Made by a program: the position numbers and the translations under genes. The notes under the pieces were generated by a model. The model did no database searches. It saw only the letters and a list, made by a program, of their open reading frames with translations, and had not been told where the DNA came from. This document shows positions 55,321 to 64,000 of a DNA stretch of 64,000 nucleotides, one piece after another (position 1 is the first letter of the stretch; the number at the start of each line of letters is the position of its first letter). Origin of the DNA: Lama glama (taxonomy: Eukaryota); NCBI GenBank assembly GCA_028534125.1, contig CM052817.1:39434001-39498000 (forward strand), written 5' to 3'.

Positions 55321-58300
55321 TAGCCTTCCCTGAAATTATATAAAGAGAGAATTCAGAAGATTACAAGCATGTAGAAAGATTACAAGAAAATGTAGACAGG
55401 ACAGGAGAGAATGACCAAAGAATATCCAAAAGTGTTTGTAAGACATCAGAATAATTTTCTACCTTCCTGAGTTTGCTAGATAGAGTATTTAACAGCACTG
55501 TTAGGTATATATTATTTCCTTTCATTTTAGGGATAATTAAAATAAGGCTTAGAGATTATTAATTCATTAGTTTATTCAACATGCATTTACTGAGCACCTC
55601 CAATTCAGGCCCTGAGAGTTAAGTTACTTTCCCAAGGCGGCACCACACCAGGCAGCAAAATCAGGATCCACACCCAGGTCTGTCAGCGCTCCCAGCCCAC
55701 TCCAACAGCAATGATGGGAAGTGCCTGGAAGCTGTGAGGAGTATTAGAGCACATACATTCCCAACTCTCTCTCTATTCCAAGCATAAATAGAGGACTAAA
55801 TACCATGGAAGAATCTTTGCATCATTAATAACTAAGAGGAGGTGGTGACAGGCTGCTGCTAACATTCCCAGATGACATAGTCAGCATTTTGGACGACAGA
55901 GTAGAATCCACTAATTCAGCTTAACAAGTATTTACTGCTAACCTAGGATGAGCCAGGTAACATGCAAGGTGATTGTGGAGATTAAAGACATGAGTCAAGT
56001 AGTCCCTGCCCCAGCGAAGCCCAAAAGCTAAAAGGGAAAACAGACGTAAGAAGGGATAAAGACCTTGAAGGACAGCTGGAGATCGTCCTTGACAAACCTG
56101 GTTCCCACACGTGAGAGACAGCCCCTGGGTATAACCCTGTACGTGTTGCTGTTGTTTTTAATGTATGTGTGGAGGACACTGAAGTTTCAATGAGCTGAAG
56201 CAAGTAAATTTTGTGTCCTCAGTAGGCACATTATGTGAGATCTGGCTGAAACTCAAGTCATATTAAAAATAATCAATCTTTGGCTGTATATACTAACATT
56301 TTATTAGCACTTTATGATTCCCAAAACACTTCCTCAAACACTAGGCATCTAGTGCCTAGGTGAGAAACTCTATGTTAAAGGATCTGTAAAGATGCTTTCA
56401 GCTTTGCATTTTACAAAGGAATTTATCCCTTCCAAATAAAAATACTGTAAGTTACTAAAAAGCATTGATAAATTCCCTTTCAGAAAATGAAGATACAGAA
56501 ATTCTGTTCTTCCTTCATTTTTCTTCTCCATACAAAAACAACCCTCATTAACCTATCCCCTCAAGTTTGTCAATATCGATAGTTTCGTGTTAAACTGGTT
56601 TCCACTGGAGGTGGGGGATGTAGGGGGAAAATATATGCCCCTGCTTTTTTTTTCAATATCCTGAAGTGTACCTGGCAGGCATCTTAGGAAAATGAGCCCC
56701 ATGTCCATATGAAGATTCAGGATTATCAGTAAACTTGATGAAAGCTAAATTCTCTTTCCAAAGCATAATTGTCATCCAGGAGCTTTTCTCTCTCCCCTGT
56801 TCTCAATTCTTCATTACTATACATGCAGCAGTTAGCATACTGCAGAGCAGGAAGGCTTTTAATCTCTGAAGTTTAAAGTTTGTTAAAATGCACATAACTG
56901 TACATATTGAAAATCTTAGATTCCTCTGTATCCCAAATGCATAGGGGAACTAGGCTTGAAATTAAAAATAAAAAAGGAAAGTGCAGTAAATTGTTCTGTT
57001 TCTCTCTGTGTCATATATTCATCAGGATAGAGCTGCACGACAAATTCAATGAAATAAAATGAGTTTTTATAACTCAATGGGAGTTCTAGAAAAGTATCTG
57101 AACTCAGTATTTGTCATGGACATTTGGAAAGACTTACTATCTCAGACCCAAAGCACTGATGCGAGTTCTATGAATATTAACGAAAAGTAACCAAACCAAG
57201 GGGCAAATGGTTCTCTAACATTCATTTCCCCCACCCCCCCTACTTTTTTTTCCCCCAAAATAGTCCTTTGCCTCCTGAACAATTCAAGCAAATGTCTCAT
57301 GCTTTGTGTCCTGAACTTGGAATTATACTTGCTAACTTAATTTCATATGGAAGGATTTTGAACTGGAGTTGACTCAGAAGCCACTGATTACCTCAGTGGA
57401 TATTTTCATGCCTGGACTGGAGTGAAGTGATCCATGTGCAGCAAGAATTGCTACTGAAGATCTCGTCTCAGAGCAAATGTCAGTCACTGACGGATGTCAA
57501 ATATGGGTACATGAAAGTACATGAATAGCAGGAACTTGTTCAGGAAAGGGGTCCATGGTGAAGAGAAGGGAATGAGCAATTTATGGAGTGTCTGCATGGG
57601 ACCTGGAGCTTTGCTGCATTATATCATGCAGTTCTTCTCCTTGAGGTGAACATTATTATATGCTCTTTACAAAGTAGTTAGTTCAATCAACAAATATTTT
57701 TGAGTATCCATTACATACCACATGTTGTTTATAAGTAAACCAGCCTATAAGGTCCTTTCTATTATGGAGCTTCACTGGATGATGTTATTTTGAAGGTCTT
57801 TAAATCTATATGGCATTTATGCATATATATTAATAAAGAGCTACCAAATCAGTAACTTGACACCCGTAATAACCTGATACACATTCAATATCTTTGAAGT
57901 GCTTTGTCAACTATAAAGCAAATATAACCTTCGCTTATAGGATGTGTTTAATATATTAGAATGTTCCTGACCTGAAAAGTGGGGATAAGAATACCGACTC
58001 CTAGAATTGCCTTCAGGGTTACAGGAGATAGCATATATATTATTTTGAGCCCAACAAATATTATTTGCCCCTCTATTTCACTTCCTTTCCATCCAATTTA
58101 TTGAACCACTGCTTACCACTAAGTGAAATGTAATATAAATATAATTTATATTACATTTCACTTAGTGTAGATCAATAAATTTCTAAAGTAATGAAAAGAG
58201 GTCTTTTTAAGGTATATTTACATGAGATAATTCCATTGCCTGACATCCATGGACAGCATTAGAGAGAAGCTTTATTGAGTTCAAAAAACATACTTATGCA

Positions 58301-59235
58301 TCTATGCCATTCTATAATCTGTAAAAAAATATGAAGTATGATATTACAGACCAGCTTTATTGCAGCAAACTTTCATGAAAGTAGTCTCTATATTCTTCTT
58401 CTAGTATATCTAAAACTTACAGTTTTAGAAAAACATGAGAAGGAAAACAGCAATATTTGATACAACACAGAAAAGAGTCACTGACCCTACCATGAAGAAA
58501 TATTTAGTAACAAATCTATGCTGAACTTATTAATGTACATGGTGTTTTCATTTTTTCTCTCTCTCCTCTTCATTTCTCATTTCTGCTAATTATCTTGAAG
58601 ATAGTGCAGGATTTGGAACAATTTATCATCAGAAATCTCCAGCAGATGGTGACAAAGAAAAGCTTTACCTTTCTCTATGATTTATACTTAGGATTCTCCC
58701 AGCAGTTAAAAAGATGTTGGGAGCACTGTTCCTTCACCAGTTTGGCTACTTTACCAGCAGTCTTTAGTGATGGTTGAATATTTACCAGTATTTTTTTTCT
58801 TCTTCCTGACCAACTCTGTCAAAGAAAATTCTAAAAGAGAAGGCAATCTCAAAATAATCGCCTTACTAGAAATCAACAAACCTACAGGATCTTATTATTC
58901 AAACAACCGTTTTCCAAATTTCCCTAACATCCAAAGACAAGCCTGTGGAGCGTTTTAGTCTTCATTCCAAGAGCCAACATTGAACACTTTTTCTTCTTGT
59001 AATAAATACCCACAAGAGAGAAGATCTGAACAATGTGTCTGAAAAAGTTCCTTATCTTGATTTCCAAAAGCTTTTCAACATTCAGTTTCAAAGATGAAGT
59101 ATCATTATGCATAATTACCTATGTTTTGTGATGATGATCCCCAGGAGAGTATAAAAAAGTCTTGACATAGCTCTGTGACCTTACATATATGATTGCTCTT
59201 CTCTCTGCCTGTTTTTCAAGAGAGAAATGTTAGGC

Positions 59236-59483
59236 CAGTGGTGGTTCTCAACAAGACGCAATCCCCGCCCCCTGACACACACTCCACACCGCCATTCTCC
59301 CTTCCTTTGGGCAGTTGGTGAAGTCTAGAGACTTTTTTTTGTTTGTAACAACTGGGGCTTGCTACTGACATCTAGTGGGTAGAAGCCAGGGATACTTCTA
59401 AACATCCTACAATGCACAGGACAAACCCCACAGCAAAGAATAATCTGGCACAAAAGCCAGTAGTGCTTAGGTAAGAAACTCTA
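59236..59483. mobile_element. MER20 hAT DNA transposon
   Basis: 'cagtggtggttctcaac...gctactgacatctagtgggtagaagccagggatacttctaaacatcctacaatgcacaggaca...gaaactct'. Confidence 0.9.
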
Positions 59484-59539
59484 TGTTAGAGGATCTGTAA
59501 AGATGCTTTCAACTTTGAATTTTACAAATTTAATAGGTA

Positions 59540-59574
59540 TAATATACATATATATATATATGTATGTATATTAT

Positions 59575-59606
<32 letters not shown>

Positions 59607-59610
59607 TATA
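59540..59610. repeat. (TA)n/(CA)n microsatellite
   Basis: Direct reading. Confidence 0.9.
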
Positions 59611-60792
59611 CAATTCATATTAAACCAAACTTTCAACTTAACTAAATCTCAAATTTATTTTGAAGTTCTAACCAATGAAGAGGAAATGAAATAACTCAGC
59701 AGCTAGCCAATTAAGCAACACGTATGAAGTATCCACATTGAACCTGCAGCACTCGAGCAGGAAAAGATCTTAGGATGTAGTTCCAAATGAAATAAAAAGT
59801 CGGTCCTTGTGGGCTCCACCAAGAATAAACTCACTGGAGAACTGCTGGAAGACCTTCATGGTATATCAACAGCCCTTTACTTCAAGCCAAAATAAAGCAA
59901 GACAGTTGTGAAGAGCTAGTCCTTCTACAGAGAAGTTTATGAAGATTTTCAAATAATTTATTCCTCAAAGGAATAGGAAGGCAGTGAATCAGCGGAGGTG
60001 GCAATGGCAGTACGCAGCAAAGGCTTAAACTATTCCCAACCCTTCCCTTAAAACAGCCAGAGCAACTATTAGCCCAGTTAAAAACTCATGGACTACATTT
60101 TCAACAAAACAAGGTGACAAGGTATCCACATGATATTTATCCAAAATACAGGCAAGTGGGGACAAATCACCAACAGTCATAGATGTGCATACTAACAGTG
60201 TTCGTGCAGGAAGAAGCAGAGGAAAACAAAAGACATCTACGGACTGAGAACAGGAGAACCCAAAGTAGCTAGCAGGTATTATTGGAAATCATGGCAGGCC
60301 AATTTGAGAGCAGTGATCAACACTGGAATAATTTTGCTCAGTGTAGTAGTACACGTGCACAAGGAGTTTAAAGAATGACCTAAAAGAGCTGGAGATATTC
60401 AGCTACTATGCACATATGGAACTGACCAGCCAGGAATTGCTTCCAGGACAGGGTGCCATTTTGAGGAGTGGAATCCAAATTAAGCAGGACAGGGACAATA
60501 GCCATAAAGAAAGAAAATGGTCCAGATAAAAGTGAATCCAGGGAAAAATACCAAGAAATATCAGAAATCAAGCTAGCAATGCTTTTTGATACTACATGAA
60601 TGTCAGTAAACAATAAAACAAAAAGAGAATTGTTGTATAAAGTTAGAAAAGCTGTATGAATCGTGTCTCATTGTAATATTTCTGAAAAACTAAATTCACA
60701 TAAAAATGAGCAGCAGAAAAGTACTGAGGTCTGTATTTTGGATAGTCGCTATAAGAAAAATGATAATAAGGAGCAGAGTAAGAGCCCTGTAG

Positions 60793-60970
60793 TCCGGACT
60801 GTCCAATAGCACTTTCGCCATGATGGAAATGTTCTCTATCTGTGCCGTCCAACACAGTAGCCGTTAGACATATGGGACCATTGACTAGGAAGTCTGACAA
60901 TCCAAATGTTTGATTTTAGTAAATTTCAATTAATTTAATTTAAATAGCTACGTGCTATTGTCAGATGTGA
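60793..60970. mobile_element. MER3-like hAT DNA transposon
   Basis: 'ctgtccaatagcactttcgccatgatggaaatgttctctatctgtgccgtccaacacagtagcc'. Confidence 0.85.
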
Positions 60971-61399
60971 CAATAAAAATACTTTATGACAAAGGAAGCC
61001 GAGTAGCTGATTTTAAATACTTAAGGAGAAACATTATGAGGCGAAGATTTTATATTTAGAAAAAACTGACTGTAAAGTATAAAAAGGGCAGACAGCAAGC
61101 AATAAGAATTCAGTTACTACTGTCCTCAGAAGTGCGTCTTGAGGAATCTACCGCGGAACAAACCTCAAACAAGCAAGATGACTAGAAACCCATGGCAAGC
61201 ATTAAATATAGAGCTATAGAGTTAAGATTTAGTGAGGATTGAAAGGGAGAGATTATAGTATGTAATGGCTACATGCTCTGATAATGTAGATCCAGAACAA
61301 CCATTAAAAAATGTGGCGAGTATGGGACCAGCATATGTAAAATAATACTTGTTATTTTTAATTACTTACTATTACTAATAATCACTAACTAATTATTTT

Positions 61400-62475
61400 T
61401 AGTTTTTTATGATGGGCAGTGGTAGTATTAGTATTGCTATTCTGACACAATTGTATATATAAAGAGAGATTAAAAAATAATCATGGGGATTTTCTGATTC
61501 TATTAACCCTTGAGATCTAAGATTCTTGGTGTGAAACTAAGGAGACAGAGATATAATACAGATCCAGTTAAATAAAAGCACTGTAATCCTAAACATAAAT
61601 TGGAAATATTGGTATAAATTTATAAGTATTTTATGTTTCTATACTAAAAGATTTATTCTGGCATTATTTTACATCTTTATATTTATATAACAGTTTGTTA
61701 TATGTCATGAATATTATAACATACATATTAATATAATAATACATAATAAAATGTATTACATAATATAGCATTTCCTTATATATGCCTATATAATATATAC
61801 GTATAGTGTGTATATGTGTATATCCTAGCTCTGTCCAATAAGAAGGCCTGGAAAAATGACCACTCAAACAGATACAAGGATCTCTAGGAGCCAAGCTGTG
61901 GTCTTGAAAAACCATCTCCATTAAAAGAAACCAGAGCTTCTTAAAGATATGACTGATTCAGGTCAGGATTAGGAAATGTACATGATGACCTTGAAACACA
62001 TTGACATATCAAATGGATAGCAAGAAATCTATCTAAGACTAACAGAATCATGCCAAAAAGACTCGGAAACTAATTTATGAGTCCCCCACTGGCCAAAGGT
62101 GAAACAATTTAAACTCCAATAGGGATAAGCCATGCAATGGATTAAAAATTATCAAATATATTTAAATTATGTTTGGAATCCTTGAATTCCTAACAGCCAG
62201 TTTATCTTGAATACGGAGTAAACATAAAAGACAGCATTATCACCAGATAACCAAATGACATATAAGGAGAATCATCTTAAAAAATGTTTCTGGTTAGTAA
62301 AAAAAAAAAAGAAAATGACAGAATTAGATAGAATGATAAAATTAGAGTAACACCGTTTTACAACTGAATAAATCTAAGTATTGAGCGTCAACAGCTGCTA
62401 ACATCACAAAGGAACAAAAATTAGATTTGATATATCTTCTGGTGAAATAACACAATGCCAGGGAGATTGTACTCG
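61400..62475 (+). mobile_element. Old L1 3'UTR (L1MC/L1MD-like)
   Basis: 'tcctagctctgtcca...aaaagaaaccagagcttctt...ggaaatgtacatgatgacc...ccccactggccaaag'. Confidence 0.65.
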
Positions 62476-62496
62476 AGCTCTACAAATGTTAAATAA

Positions 62497-62546
62497 ATGG
62501 ATGGATGGATGGATGGATGGATGGATGGATGGATGGATAGGTGAGT

Positions 62547-62593
<47 letters not shown>
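62497..62593. repeat. Compound (GGAT)n + (TA)n microsatellite
   Basis: Direct reading. Confidence 0.97.
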
Positions 62594-62594
<1 letters not shown>

Positions 62595-64000
62595 CAAGAC
62601 CATGTAATAGGAATTCTAAAGTGACTTTAAGCTTTAACACTGTGTAATTCTCTTTTAGCATTGATTGATTACCAGGGCCTTTGATGAAGTGAGTATCTCT
62701 GAGGACTTACATAAATTAATGTGGAGAAAAGTTCTCCCTCCCCTGAGGAACTGGGGTGTTTTCTCCTTATGGACAGTGCAGCTGATAGACCGCCCCTCTG
62801 GCCTTATCTTTGTGTAATGACAAGTTTATTCTTTTTCGTGTGTGTGTCTAACTTGTGCTATTGTGGCTTCCTTCTTGGCTTCATGAGCATAAAAATCCTC
62901 TGAGGATAAAAAACAAAGGATCAGAAAGGAGGCAAAGGTAAACCTGAGCCTGACTGAATGCACAGATGCAGTGTTAATCTTCATACTGCAAAGAAATGAA
63001 GTTTGAGAGGAAAATGCAGAGAATGGGAGATAGCAGCTGGTTTATACTTACATGCACTTCCTGCACTAGTCACTAGTCTTAGCTTCTCCCTACTGACTTA
63101 TCCAAACGCAGTGGTGCGTAAATATTCTCCCATGAGAAACAGTACCAGTTTTATGTAACTAGTTTCATTCAAAGGACCCATAATTACTGTCTGTAGAAGC
63201 CTATTATGCTTAGAAGGAATCATGCTATTTAGACCAAAATATTTCTATATACATATATATATAAAATAACATTTTGATCTGGATAAAGGCCAGATTTTCT
63301 TCAATAAGAAATCATACTATTCCCTCTGCTTCATGGAAACTACAGTTTAAAGTCTTTCTTCTACTGAGCTGTTGTATATCACATGAACCTTACAATCTGT
63401 CTAGCATTTTCGTCATTTCCTTATTTTTCTGGCCTTTTCTTCATACTTTTTAAAAATCTCCTTGCATTGGCCTCCTGAGCCAGTTGGAGTAATATTATGA
63501 AGCAAATGGCCAGACATAATGACTTTCCAAGGTCCTTGTGCCTCCTTATTAGCATTCAGTTAGCATAAGTCCTGACTTTATTATTGACTACATTGAATAC
63601 ACAAGACACTGACCTCTGCCATCTGCGACTAAATCTCTTCCTGCAGATCTATCAGAATGGTTTCATATATGGAGGAAGCAAGAGAAAACAAAGCAGCAGC
63701 CACTTATCTTTTCTGTCCCTAGAAACTTTAACACACTCACATCTGCAATCCAAAAAAGAAAAGACAGCCCCCTTTGCATTAATTACCGTAAAATCTGGAG
63801 TGAGGATTGGAGCATAACCAAGAAGAAAAATTCAAGATGGCAATCCCAGACTCATCTTCCTAAACTAAGGTAAGACCGCTGAAAAAACAGAACCAGATAT
63901 ATCTGCCCACCACAAAGCAAGATGACCAGCACACATAGTTTATTACAGAGCTTTAAAATGAAGTGATAGGACCCAAGGAATGCATTGATTGAGTGATAAT

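Overview
Mammalian, almost certainly camelid (alpaca/llama/camel), AT-rich non-coding genomic DNA. The assignment rests on a vic-1-like tRNA-derived SINE and cetartiodactyl-type L1 3' ends. The only recognisable gene-derived sequence is a young, intronless minus-strand RAN retrocopy (~36673-38729). It has a short 5'UTR, an open CDS with I59V/D65G/R140Q changes, a long 3'UTR, a poly(A) tail and a 14-bp target-site duplication, and is interrupted by a 500-N assembly gap. The rest is interspersed repeats (L1, L2, MIR, ERV1 and MaLR LTRs, hAT MER3/MER5A/MER20) and microsatellites, plus a few repeat-free CpG- or homeobox-motif-rich blocks that may be regulatory. Structural oddities read directly from the sequence: an L1 with a 3' transduction, a twin-primed (5'-inverted) L1, a composite double LTR under one TSD, a perfect 24-bp-arm palindrome, a 68-bp dispersed duplication and a dup-inv-dup microrearrangement. 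I found no support for a novel multi-gene system. The other ORFs in the track look like chance or repeat-derived frames. Repeat subfamily names are from recalled consensus similarity, not from a database search, and most old-repeat boundaries are approximate.
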